From an uncultured delta proteobacterium (GTDB lineage Bacteria > Desulfobacterota > Binatia > UBA9968), in contig CAVTUQ010000009.1 in assembly GCA_963737905.1 (NCBI GenBank), positions 32,001-96,000 on the forward strand: a stretch of 64,000 bases of DNA, read 5' to 3'. Under the pieces are notes generated by a model. It did not search any database. It was not told the DNA's origin and saw nothing but the letters and a program-made list of their open reading frames with translations. Numbering within the stretch: the first letter of the stretch is position 1; every line of letters begins with the position of its first letter. This document shows, piece by piece, positions 20,720 through 30,458 of the stretch. The position numbers and the translations under genes are program-made.

Positions 20720-21915
20720 TCGGGTCCCTCGCTTAGGCCAGACTCTGTTGATCTCTCATCGCTTGGCAGATAGATCCGTACAGACGTGCCCTTTCCCACC
20801 TCACTTTTAATATCGATAGTGCCGCCGTGGGCCTTGACTATTTCCTGGCAGACCACCAGCCCCAGTCCGGTTCCCTTGCCGAACGGCTTGGTGGTCACGA
20901 AAAGGTCGAAAATTTTCGGCAGCAACTCCGCCGGTATTCCCGCGCCATTGTCCGTGATCTCTATATGGATCCCTGGACGTTTAGCCTCCGAAGCCGTGCT
21001 GGCGCGGGCGGCAATCTTCAAGCGGCCCCCTTCCTTGCTCGCGTTCATTGCGTTGTCGAGTACATTGATTAACACCCGTTCCAGCGAAGCGTCGTCTCCC
21101 CAAAGCATAGGAAGTGGCTCGGCCAACTCCGTCGTGACCTGCACTCCGTTTTGCTGGAAAATCGGGTTCAGTAAGAGGAGGGTCTCTCCCACCAGATCCT
21201 TCATATTGATCTGGCGCTTACGGGGAGAACCGCGTGTGTGAGAGAGGTAGTGTTGAATGATGCCTTCCATCCGTTGAACCTGGGTCTCAATAGTGTTGAG
21301 GCGGCGCCGCGCGCCTTCCGACAACGGCTCCTGAGCTAGCAGCTGGGTGTAGCCCAGCACGGAGTTCAACGGCGTGCCCAACTCATGGGCAATGGTTCCG
21401 GTCATGCGTCCAAGGGCGGCAAGCCGTTCCACTCGCCCCATCTCTTGCTGGACACCCCAGAGTTCGTTTTCGGCTCGCTTGCGCTCGACGATTTCGGCCC
21501 GCAACGATGCGTTGGCTTCGGCCAACTCCGCGGTCCGTTCTTGAACCCGTTCTTCTAACTCCGCATGCGCTTTACGCAATGCCTCTTCCGCGCGCTTTCG
21601 GGCTGCGGTCAGGTAACTGGTGATCGCGGCTACACCCGAAAATACGGTGAGACGCATAAAAGCCTGCCAATTGTAGTCGATGGAGTAAATCGGGGAGATA
21701 AAGAAATAGTCGAGAAACAAAGCGGAAAGGATCGTGGCGATCAACCCTGCTCCCAGACCGCCATACCATGCACTTACCATTACAGCGGCGAAGAACAGTG
21801 TGAAGTGACTCGGATCGGCGCGATACGGTAATAGCGACGCCAGAGCGAAGGCCAGCCCCACGCTTGCAATCGAAATCGCATACCGCATTACGGGGGGGCG
21901 GTTCTCAATCAGCAT
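20716..21915 (-). CDS. Membrane sensor histidine kinase (DUF4118-like TM region, HisKA, HATPase)
   Basis: AHELGTPL, NVLDNAM, DNGAGIP, GTGLGL; ORF open to 22062, likely start ATG 21915. Confidence 0.92.
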   Translation of the reverse strand: MLIENRPPVMRYAISIASVGLAFALASLLPYRADPSHFTLFFAAVMVSAWYGGLGAGLIATILSALFLDYFFISPIYSIDYNWQAFMRLTVFSGVAAITSYLTAARKRAEEALRKAHAELEERVQERTAELAEANASLRAEIVERKRAENELWGVQQEMGRVERLAALGRMTGTIAHELGTPLNSVLGYTQLLAQEPLSEGARRRLNTIETQVQRMEGIIQHYLSHTRGSPRKRQINMKDLVGETLLLLNPIFQQNGVQVTTELAEPLPMLWGDDASLERVLINVLDNAMNASKEGGRLKIAARASTASEAKRPGIHIEITDNGAGIPAELLPKIFDLFVTTKPFGKGTGLGLVVCQEIVKAHGGTIDIKSEVGKGTSVRIYLPSDERSTESGLSEGPE

Positions 21916-22283
21916 ACGACCGCACCGCTTGAGAAAGGTGTGCTTGCCAATAGCTGAAAGAAGCATCTGAATCACGAGAAATAAACGTCCGAACTTTTGG
22001 GCGTGGTGAAAGATCGTCAGATGGCGATGTGTTCCAGTACGACCTCCATGCCACCCCGTCACTCAATGTGGCTTCTTTCACTTTCACAAATTTCGTTCCA
22101 ATCCTAGCAACGGAAGTAATCTCGCTATTCTCAGCATCTTCAACGTCTACTTCAAAGAATTGGCCGGTGCAATAATGCCACACTTGCCACGCATTTCTGC
22201 CTCAAGTAATGCTCATTCTTGCCTCAACGGTTGCGGCCAAGAAAATTTCTCTTGCCACGGCGAGCTTCAATCCTTAGAAAGGA

Positions 22284-22299
22284 TGGCACAAAGATTGCC
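22284..22299 (+). promoter_or_regulatory. Sigma54 promoter
   Basis: TGGCACAAAGATTGCC. Confidence 0.7.
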
Positions 22300-22360
22300 C
22301 CGCCGAAGAGATCATCATGCTCAGAGAACTATTGATCATGGTGATTTTTAAGGAGGAGTG

Positions 22361-22564
22361 ATGAAGAATTCTAAAACAATTCGAGTACAAACAACTTTAG
22401 GCGAGCTTATCACGGTTTTGTGTGAAGAGACCCAAAATCTCTTTAACTTTAAAAGCAGCGAGAGGCAGCTGGTCGTTGCGTATATCTTGAATGATTTAAT
22501 AAGGAAGCCGGCTTATATAAGGCACAGGACGCGACCCAAAATAGGGGAGAGGAGCCAAGGGTAA
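22361..22564 (+). CDS. Small hypothetical protein (TTLGELI...VVAYILNDL)
   Basis: AAGGAGG SD and upstream sigma54-type promoter. Confidence 0.6.
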   Translation: MKNSKTIRVQTTLGELITVLCEETQNLFNFKSSERQLVVAYILNDLIRKPAYIRHRTRPKIGERSQG

Positions 22565-22952
22565 TGGAACGCAACCGAATAGGCGTCCAATGCGGTGGTT
22601 TTGGAAACTTGATCTCTGACCCGAACAAATGCAAACGGCATCTTTCCGGCGGCGTAAAAACGTGGATCTCTCATGGCCAATGCGGCGGTTTGAAAACTGG
22701 GAATAAACGTAGAGGTCCTCGCGGCGTGCTGGAGTCGGCAGAGCGCACGGGTGTGAGAAGCACAGAATAGGGCATTTTGCCGCGCTTTTTTGCCTTTGGG
22801 TCACACTTAGGTGTGAGTCTCAGTAAAGTTCTGGCTTCAGTTTTGATGGAATCGTTTTTTAGACCTTTGGCCGTTGCCCTTTTTCATTGTTGCCCTTCTT
22901 TTATTTCTGCTGCGAAAACCGAAGCCACGGAGCTCCGCCATCGTTTCGTTGC

Positions 22953-22968
22953 CGGCACTGATTTTGCG
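22953..22968 (+). promoter_or_regulatory. Sigma54 promoter upstream of mlaC-like gene
   Basis: CGGCACTGATTTTGCG. Confidence 0.6.
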
Positions 22969-22994
22969 CTCCCTTTCCTTCACGGAAGCGAGAC

Positions 22995-23591
22995 GTGAAA
23001 TCTAAACTCATAGCTTGCTTTACTGGAATTTTTATTTTATCGGTTCCCTCTTTGCTCTGGGCGGGTAAGCCGATGGATGAGATCCGTGTTGCCGTAACCA
23101 AGGCAATCCAGATCCTTAAAGAGCCCGAGATGAAGTCTAACCATCAAAGCAAAGAGATCGACGGACAAGTAGAGAAAATAATCGATCCTGTCTTTGACTT
23201 TAGGGAGATGGCAAAGCGCTCGCTCGGGATACACTGGAGAGATCTTACGCCTGAAGAGCGACAAGAATTTGTCCCCCTCTTTAAGGATTTTCTCGCGAAA
23301 GTTTACTTTGCCCGGATCGGATCCTATAACGGTGAGAAAGTCCGCTTTACCGGCGAAACCGTGGGGACCAACTACGCTGAAGTCGATACCCAGGTGATTA
23401 GGAGAAATGGCGATCAGATTCCTGTCGTCTATATGGTGAAACGCACAGATAGCGATTGGAAGGTCTATGACGTTATCGTGGACAACATCAGCATTGATAA
23501 CAACTATCGGTCTCAGTTCGACCGGGTGATTTCTAGGTCTTCTTACCAAGAACTCGTGAAACGGATCAAACAAAAAGTAGACGCGAGCTGA
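22995..23591 (+). CDS. mlaC: MlaC/Ttg2D phospholipid-binding periplasmic protein
   Basis: FDFREMAKRSLGIHW and WKVYDVIVDNISIDNNYRSQF. Confidence 0.88.
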   Translation: MKSKLIACFTGIFILSVPSLLWAGKPMDEIRVAVTKAIQILKEPEMKSNHQSKEIDGQVEKIIDPVFDFREMAKRSLGIHWRDLTPEERQEFVPLFKDFLAKVYFARIGSYNGEKVRFTGETVGTNYAEVDTQVIRRNGDQIPVVYMVKRTDSDWKVYDVIVDNISIDNNYRSQFDRVISRSSYQELVKRIKQKVDAS

Positions 23592-23799
23592 TCGCAATAA
23601 AAAAGCCCAGCACCCGGTATCTGTTGTTCCGTATGACGTGTTTATTGAGCGCGTTGATGGTGATGGCGCCGCGGGTTCGCAGCCAACCAGATAGTTAGTG
23701 CGAGACTTGATCATCCCTACCTAACCTCCGTAATACGATCAAAGTCCTAACTATTAGTTAGAAGCAGGCGAGGCCAGCAGCCCTGTAGCGACGTTCACC

Positions 23800-24438
23800 T
23801 CACTTCAACTTGGCCGGCACCGAGAACGGCTTGCTCGCATCCACCACGAACATGATCAGGGCGGTCAGATCGGTCGTGCCGGCGTTGAAGACTTGCATCG
23901 GCATGCCGGCCGGATGTCCATTCATCGAGTGGCCGGCCTCGACATAATCGACACCATGCGGAGTCCTTTGGCCCAGCCGGCCGGCGACCACGTAGAAGGC
24001 TTCGGAGCCCGGATGGGAATGCACCGGTGTCTTAGCCTCGGGCGGTCCGGACCCGTAGTTGAGGCGCAGCAGATACTCGGGCGCGGTGATCGCCGGCACG
24101 GGGCCGATCTCGGCGACCTTGCTGCCGCCGGGCGTCGAGGCGTCCTTGGGACCCAGCGTGACCACCCAGATCTTGCCGGCGACTTCAGCAATCAGGGCCG
24201 TCGTCGTCTCATACCGCACCGAATCCGGGTTCCACCCGTCGGGACCCACGGCGGCTTTCGCATCCGCAAGCGTGGGGAAATTCTCGACCCGCCAGTAGAG
24301 CGGGCCGGTCGGAAGTTGCTTGATCTTCTTCTGCGCGACCGGCTTGACGACATATTGCTGCTGTGTCGCCGCCGGCGACGGCAATGACCATAACATCGAA
24401 GCTAAAACCACGATCATACCGGTGAGAATCCGTTTCAT
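23800..24438 (-). CDS. Secreted cupin-domain protein
   Basis: Signal peptide; TPVHSHPGSEAFYV cupin motif. Confidence 0.8.
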   Translation of the reverse strand: MKRILTGMIVVLASMLWSLPSPAATQQQYVVKPVAQKKIKQLPTGPLYWRVENFPTLADAKAAVGPDGWNPDSVRYETTTALIAEVAGKIWVVTLGPKDASTPGGSKVAEIGPVPAITAPEYLLRLNYGSGPPEAKTPVHSHPGSEAFYVVAGRLGQRTPHGVDYVEAGHSMNGHPAGMPMQVFNAGTTDLTALIMFVVDASKPFSVPAKLK

Positions 24439-24491
24439 GGGGACGCCTCCGTTCCGTGGGTTGCTTGAAGCTTTCGATTACCGGAATGGCG

Positions 24492-24507
24492 AGCAAAGTT
24501 CTTGCCA
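24492..24507 (-). promoter_or_regulatory. Sigma54 promoter upstream of cupin gene
   Basis: TGGCAAGAACTTTGCT. Confidence 0.65.
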
Positions 24508-24726
24508 AGAACCACTGGACTGGAACACGAGAGTTTCCCGGATTTTTTCCTCAAAGAGGGAAGACGACTAGGCAGCCAGTGTGAGGCACAATTGCAGGAA
24601 AAGAGCCAGTTTGCCTCGCTGCGCGTTTAAACACAGCGGTTAGGTTTGACGATGCCACCCATAGCTTCTCGGCGAAGAAAAAAAGTACATTCTCTGCCAT
24701 CAAGAAAAAGAGAATACAAACGACGA

Positions 24727-25215
24727 TCATGGTCGTGGTGGTGTCGAAAGAGGAGAGGGGAGAGGTGGCGGCGCGTAAGCAGCGGGGAAGCCTGGAATCT
24801 GGTTGCCCTTGGCGTACATGCACTGCTCGTAGGCGATGTCGTAGCGTCGCTGGATAGTCCACGAGGCGCCATAGCCCGCGTTGGCGCCCACCGCGCTACC
24901 TGTAAGTAAGCCGGTCCCGGCACCCACAGCGGCTCCCGGTCCCGGACTACCAAAGGCTGCGCCGATCGCTCCACCTGCTGCGGCCCCCAGAGCGGTGCCG
25001 GCAGCAGCCCCAGTGATCGTGCTATTCTGCGTCGCCTGTTGTGGAGAAATCCCAACCTGTTGCTCGGCGTAATGCCGGCACAGAGTCTCTTCGCCTACGA
25101 AAAGATCGAAGGGCTTTCCGGGCGCAGGCATCACTGCAACGCTTGGCCCCAAGGGTAACTCAGCACAACCGGCGAGAAAAACTAAGCCCCAGATCAAAAT
25201 GGCATTGAGTCGCAT
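24727..25215 (-). CDS. Glycine-zipper lipoprotein (YMGG-like)
   Basis: Lipobox LAGC; GAAAGTALGAAAGGAIG; YEQCMYAKGNQIP. Confidence 0.8.
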   Translation of the reverse strand: MRLNAILIWGLVFLAGCAELPLGPSVAVMPAPGKPFDLFVGEETLCRHYAEQQVGISPQQATQNSTITGAAAGTALGAAAGGAIGAAFGSPGPGAAVGAGTGLLTGSAVGANAGYGASWTIQRRYDIAYEQCMYAKGNQIPGFPAAYAPPPLPSPLSTPPRP

Positions 25216-25235
25216 CGGGGTGCCTACTCCACCAT

Positions 25236-25679
25236 TTATCTGGGTGGGGGCGGTGGAGTCGGAGCGGTCGGTGCAGGGCTAGGAGTTGCCGGGACTGCTT
25301 TCCAACCGCTGGCGCACTCAGGGACATACGGATAATAGCCCGCAGGTCGATCGCAATAATACCAAGTTGGAGGCAAGGCTTGAGGTTGAGCAGGGGGCGA
25401 GGAGGGAACCTGTACAACTACAGGAGGAGTGTAAGGGTTTGGATAGGGATAAACCGGTGCCGGATACCAGTACCATGCACCGCCCACGATCCACCACCAA
25501 CCCAGCCGACTGCCGTGCCAGCCGTGATACCAGCGGCCGCCGCGCCAGACGACGATATCGTGCTGATGAAAATGCTCAATGCCGCCCCGCCAGACAGGTC
25601 CAGGTCGCGCCTGACCAAGGGCAGGCAGTGCTCCAGCCAAGAATACAACAGACAGCAGAGCCAAAATCGTTTTCCTCAT
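25236..25679 (-). CDS. Secreted Trp/Pro-rich protein with WYYC..GYYPYV..C..W motif
   Basis: Signal peptide, AAGGAG SD; shares C-terminal motif with 14037-14459. Confidence 0.75.
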   Translation of the reverse strand: MRKTILALLSVVFLAGALPALGQARPGPVWRGGIEHFHQHDIVVWRGGRWYHGWHGSRLGWWWIVGGAWYWYPAPVYPYPNPYTPPVVVQVPSSPPAQPQALPPTWYYCDRPAGYYPYVPECASGWKAVPATPSPAPTAPTPPPPPR

Positions 25680-25952
25680 TGTGATGCTCCTTTGGAGGAT
25701 TCACAGAAGCGTATTCACTTTCTTGCAAGCTCGGAATGAGCAACGATCATACCAATGAGCTCACGATCTGGATGCGGGGTAATGGTAGAGATAAAAAAAT
25801 TCTCGTGAGGCGAGCAACAACGCCCCATTGTCTACACATTGTTGCCTCACTCTGTCGCAAAAAGTCGGTTGCGGCCACTGCCGAGCGACTACACGAAAAG
25901 AATTTTTCAACACTGGCCTTTCGACCGAAACACGAGCTTCGCTTTCATTTGT

Positions 25953-25968
25953 TGGCCTCTACATTGCT
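25953..25968 (+). promoter_or_regulatory. Sigma54 promoter
   Basis: TGGCCTCTACATTGCT. Confidence 0.6.
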
Positions 25969-26027
25969 TAATGTCTTTATTGAAATGTTTCATACCGCAG
26001 CATGTGACGTAGATAGCGGAGGTAGTT

Positions 26028-26341
26028 ATGAAGACAATGATAAAGATCGCAAGGATGTCTTTGGCGGCGTTGCTTTTCATCGGCTCAGTTGAGGCGAGTA
26101 ACACTTTGGCGGCGGACAAGGTAACAAACCCCAAGGGATTCTCCTCAAAGAAGAGGTTACACCCGGCAGTTACTGCCACATGAAGTTTCCTTCGATAACT
26201 GCTGGCACATTACCAGGGGATCATCCAGTCTTAGGCCAATCCGACATAATCGACTTCTACGGGCCATGTAACGAGGATCCTCTTGGCAAGGACCAGGTTC
26301 ACGACCAGAGACTTCGAAGCTCTGATCGGCAGTCTCACTAG
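26028..26341 (+). pseudogene. Frameshifted paralogue of the YCHxKFP secreted protein (17001-17324)
   Basis: GGAGGT SD, MKTMIKIARMSLAALLFIG... then shift near 26126-26137 into PGSYCHMKFP...DIIDFYGPCNEDPLGKDQ. Confidence 0.8.
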
Positions 26342-26568
26342 ATGAGTACTGCGTAGTTTTTTCCACGTGGCGCACATAAGACACCGAAGGTGTCTTACAT
26401 CCATGGACGGAGTGCGTAAGGATGCCGTTGGGATCAGCACGACAAAGCCTCAGCCGCTAGCCATCTGGTAGTCCGAAGGGCCTTCACGAGATTGCGCAGC
26501 ATCCACGTAAAAGCGAAATTCTTGGGCGCCGGTCCTTGGATTGAAATATAAATCTGTTTTCGCCTTTC

Positions 26569-26584
26569 TGGCTTGATAATTGCT
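26569..26584 (+). promoter_or_regulatory. Sigma54 promoter
   Basis: TGGCTTGATAATTGCT. Confidence 0.55.
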
Positions 26585-26599
26585 CAAAGGTTTTCCGAG

Positions 26600-27583
26600 A
26601 TGTTTTTCAAAACCTCTCCTGAAACGGGCGTTCCCAATCGTTGCGGAATCATATTGGCTGCAGGGGAGGGGAATCGGCTTCGCCCGTTCGTCGAAAAACT
26701 GCGGGGCTGCGCGCTTCCTAAACAGTATGTCAATTTCATTGGCAAGCGTTCTATGCTCGAGCATACTTTTTCCAGAGCACATAAAATGATTCCGGCAGAA
26801 CGATTGTTCACCGTCGTGAGCCAGAGTCACCTGCGGCACCCGGAGGTCGCGCGGCAGCTCTCGACCTGGCCGATGCGCTGTATTGTCCAACAACCCGCCA
26901 ACCGAGACACCGGTCCAGGCCTTCTTTTGCCGCTCGCGCATCTGTACAAGCGGTATCCAGAGTCTACCGTCGTTGTTTTTCCCTCCGACCATTTCGTATT
27001 GGAGGAAGATCTCTTTATGGCCTATGTGGATCAAGCGTTTCGCGTTGTCGAGCAGGATCCGGCCAAGGTTGTGTTGTTAGGAATCCATCCAAGCGAAGCA
27101 GAACCGGAATACGGCTATATCGTGCCGGGAAAAAAACTCTGCGGTTCGTTGGCATCGGACACGCGTGAGGTTTGCCGATTCATTGAAAAGCCCGATCGAG
27201 ATGTCGCTCGAGATCTCGTTTCGCGCGGAGGATTGTGGAACACCCTGGTCATGGTTTTTAGAGCTAAGACATTTCTCAACGCGGTTTCGAGGATTGCCCC
27301 ACTGCTTTACAGTTCCTTTGAGCGGATTCGGCGAGCGGTCGGAACACCGTCGGTAGGGGATTTGGTGAGACAGGTTTATCAGGAAATCTATCCGGTGAAT
27401 CTGTCAAAAGGATTGCTTGAGCGGCTCCCGCTGGAACGGCCACCGGCGCTATGTGTGTTGCCCGTTCGGGGCATCCACTGGAGCGACTGGGGATCGGCGC
27501 CGCGCATCCTCCATGTACTAGAAAACAACGGCTACGCGGGTCGTCTCAATGGAGTAGGTGAAAAAAGCCGTTCTATGGTGTGA
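26600..27583 (+). CDS. Mannose-1-phosphate guanylyltransferase-like NTP transferase
   Basis: ILAAGEGNRL, PKQY, QPANRDTGPG, FPSDH, FIEKP, WSDWGS. Confidence 0.85.
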   Translation: MFFKTSPETGVPNRCGIILAAGEGNRLRPFVEKLRGCALPKQYVNFIGKRSMLEHTFSRAHKMIPAERLFTVVSQSHLRHPEVARQLSTWPMRCIVQQPANRDTGPGLLLPLAHLYKRYPESTVVVFPSDHFVLEEDLFMAYVDQAFRVVEQDPAKVVLLGIHPSEAEPEYGYIVPGKKLCGSLASDTREVCRFIEKPDRDVARDLVSRGGLWNTLVMVFRAKTFLNAVSRIAPLLYSSFERIRRAVGTPSVGDLVRQVYQEIYPVNLSKGLLERLPLERPPALCVLPVRGIHWSDWGSAPRILHVLENNGYAGRLNGVGEKSRSMV

Positions 27584-27736
27584 CAAGACGTAGGGCCACA
27601 AACAATCAGGCAGACCCTCATAACCCAATCTGGAAATCGCGTCGAGACGACTGGAGCAGCGCTGCAATTTGGGAAGCGGAGTTAATCTAGCCGGCGGTGG
27701 CCGGCACGAAAGTGAAAGGGATAAGCGGCCGGGGGA

Positions 27737-28069
27737 CTATTTTTTCGTCAAGCTTGTCACGGCTCCCCAGACGATGCCGGCGAGCCCGATGATTCCAAGT
27801 ATCATTCCCACCGCCGGGATGAAAAAGAAAAGACCTGTACCGAGAACACATAAGCCGAGACCCGCGGGGAGCGGATTCATGGGACGTCGCACCGCGCGCT
27901 GGATGGCTCGGTCACTGGTTCCCATGGAAATCAGCTCTTGATCCAATAGCGCCGAAGCGAGTTCCTTGAGCTGTTCTTGCCTTTCAGGATCGGCGCTTTG
28001 CACAACCTCCCCCAGCTCTCGGACCAATTGTTCGATTTCTGTCTCCAGATTCTCTTGAGTTGCGGCCAT
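27737..28069 (-). CDS. Hypothetical membrane protein
   Basis: N-terminal helical region plus two C-terminal TM segments; GAGGAG SD; downstream of ftsH. Confidence 0.65.
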   Translation of the reverse strand: MAATQENLETEIEQLVRELGEVVQSADPERQEQLKELASALLDQELISMGTSDRAIQRAVRRPMNPLPAGLGLCVLGTGLFFFIPAVGMILGIIGLAGIVWGAVTSLTKK

Positions 28070-28109
28070 AACTTGATTCTCCTCAACCTTAGCCCCTTTA
28101 ATCTTGGAT

Positions 28110-30056
28110 CTATTGAGGGCGGGGACCCAGTATCTCCGCGAGCATAGACTGGCCGACAGTCTCTTCCTGCAACAAAGCTTTCACCAGGCAGTCTAATTTA
28201 TCACGTGCGCTTGTCAACAATTCGTAAACAGCCTTGTGACGCTCCTCCAGCAAGCGCTGGACCTCCTGATCGATCTTCGCAGCTGTGGCCTCGCTGTACT
28301 CCCGCCCCTGAGAAAGATCGTAGCCCAAAAACGGCTGATGATCGTCTGTTTTAAATGCCACTAGACCGAGGCTTCCCATGCCCCAACGAGTTACCATCCG
28401 CCGTGCTAAACCGGTGGCCTCGATCAAATCGTTTTCCGCGCCCGTCGTGATATCTCCAATGGCGATCTCCTCGGCCGTCCGGCCTCCGAGCATCACTGCC
28501 AATCGGGCCATCAAGTAGGTCACGCTGTAGTTGTAGTGATCGTCGCTCGGCAACTGTTCGGTGACGCCCAGGGCGCGGCCGTGCGGAACAATGGTTACTT
28601 TATGCACCGGATCAGCAGCCGGAGTGAGCCACGCTGCCAGAGCGTGTCCGGATTCGTGATAGGCGACGATTCGCCGGTCGTGTGGGTCGACCAAAGCGGG
28701 TCGCTCTCCACCGAGGAGCACTTTGTCTTGGGCTTCTTCGAAGTCAATCATCGTCACTTCAGCGCGATTATTCCGGGCGGCGAGCAAGGCGGCCTCGTTG
28801 CACAGGTTCGCCAGGTCCGCGCCGCTAAAGCCCGTAGTGCTACGAGCGATGGTTGACAAATCAACCTCCGTGGACAAGCGGAGGTTTCGAGTGTGGATCC
28901 GGAGGATTCCCTCCCGACCCTTGCGGTCCGGAAGTCCGACAACGACCTGGCGGTCAAAGCGGCCTGGGCGAAGCAGCGCCGGATCAAGCACGTCGGGCCG
29001 GTTCGTGGCTGCCAGGATGATGACTTCGTGGCGCGCATCGAAACCGTCCATTTCCACCAATAGCTGGTTGAGGGTCTGCTCGCGCTCGTCGTTGCCTCTG
29101 CCTATGCCGGCGCCCCGGTGCCGGCCCACGGCATCGAGTTCGTCAATGAATACGATGGAAGGCGCCGCGGCCTTCGCCTGATTGAACAGGTCGCGTACGC
29201 GGCTCGCCCCGACACCGACAAACATCTCGACGAATTCAGACGCGCTGAGGCTGAGAAAAGGGACGCCCGCTTCACCGGCGACTGCCCTGGCCAGGAGCGT
29301 TTTTCCTGTCCCTGGCGGTCCAACCAACAGAACACCCCGAGGAATACGCGCGCCAACGTTGTGATACTTCAGCGGATGACGTAGAAAGTCCACTTCTTCT
29401 TGCAAATCCGACTTGGCTTCGTCGGCGCCCGCCACATCATCAAAGGTAATCCTCGATTGATCCTCGTTATAACGACGGGCTTTACTGCGCCCGAGGCCAA
29501 AGAGTCCAGCTTGATTCTGGCTGGCTTTCATTCCCATCCACCAAAAAACTCCCACAAGCAGTAACATGGGAAACCAATTCGAAAGTAACTCGATTAACCA
29601 ACCGCCGGGAGGATGCGCGACATCCACGCTTACTTGATGCGATTCCAGAGTGGACATGAGGTTGGGGTCCCCGACGGCTGCGGGATAAGTGGTTCGAAAT
29701 CCGGTGTAAGTCGTCGGGGCAGCATCAGGGTTTACCGCCGGTACAGTTTGCGGGTTCGGTGGAACCGGTAATGCTCTGGGCTGGCGAGCTTCGGGCCAAA
29801 CGAGCGGCTTCACAAATGAACCCGTGATTTCATCGCCGACGATGTGAACATTTGCCACGTTGCCCGACCGCACTTGAGCTACGAAGGCGGTATAGGGAAT
29901 GTTGACTTCAGGATGGGCCTTGGGCCAGAGCACAACCACATACCAGACCGTGAAGAAGATCACGATGAGGATCCAGAGAATAAACTCACGCCATGGAGAT
30001 GGCGCCGGCTCCTGCTGCCCTGAATTCTTTGCCGGTTGCGGAGGTTGATTAGCCAT
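28110..30056 (-). CDS. ftsH: ATP-dependent zinc metalloprotease FtsH
   Basis: Two TM segments, [28 protein letters not shown]. Confidence 0.96.
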   Translation of the reverse strand: MANQPPQPAKNSGQQEPAPSPWREFILWILIVIFFTVWYVVVLWPKAHPEVNIPYTAFVAQVRSGNVANVHIVGDEITGSFVKPLVWPEARQPRALPVPPNPQTVPAVNPDAAPTTYTGFRTTYPAAVGDPNLMSTLESHQVSVDVAHPPGGWLIELLSNWFPMLLLVGVFWWMGMKASQNQAGLFGLGRSKARRYNEDQSRITFDDVAGADEAKSDLQEEVDFLRHPLKYHNVGARIPRGVLLVGPPGTGKTLLARAVAGEAGVPFLSLSASEFVEMFVGVGASRVRDLFNQAKAAAPSIVFIDELDAVGRHRGAGIGRGNDEREQTLNQLLVEMDGFDARHEVIILAATNRPDVLDPALLRPGRFDRQVVVGLPDRKGREGILRIHTRNLRLSTEVDLSTIARSTTGFSGADLANLCNEAALLAARNNRAEVTMIDFEEAQDKVLLGGERPALVDPHDRRIVAYHESGHALAAWLTPAADPVHKVTIVPHGRALGVTEQLPSDDHYNYSVTYLMARLAVMLGGRTAEEIAIGDITTGAENDLIEATGLARRMVTRWGMGSLGLVAFKTDDHQPFLGYDLSQGREYSEATAAKIDQEVQRLLEERHKAVYELLTSARDKLDCLVKALLQEETVGQSMLAEILGPRPQ

Positions 30057-30133
30057 GAGATTGCATGGTGCCTTACAGCGGCTGCCCCAGATTCAGCACC
30101 TTGATCATTACTTCAAGGTCTAGTTGTTACTGG

Positions 30134-30149
30134 CGCAAATAGCATGCCC
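30134..30149 (-). promoter_or_regulatory. Sigma54 promoter upstream of ftsH
   Basis: GGGCATGCTATTTGCG. Confidence 0.6.
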
Positions 30150-30458
30150 GTTTGAAGGCAGCAAAAGTAGGTGTTTAACAGGCCGTCGAAAAGTCGAGTG
30201 GCAACAAAGCCACACCTCCGCTCACATTTTTGCCACAGACGACGATCCGTGATCTGTGGTGCGAGAACTCGATCCGCCGGACGACGCCGATCGCCATGCC
30301 GCGTCTATTCATTTCTCTGACGACGTCTCGCCCAAAGAAATGACCCTTGCGCGGTGAATCTAGGTTTGGATGTCACCAAAGGTTTTGCAGTTGGCTTCCC
30401 GACAGGAGAATTGTAAAAATTGAGGACTTAACTCGCTTGCGCCGGGGATACATCAAAC

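Noticed and set aside
12382-30240. Island as a prophage, ICE or transposon
   Set aside because: No integrase, transposase, phage genes, tRNA target or flanking direct repeats were recognised.
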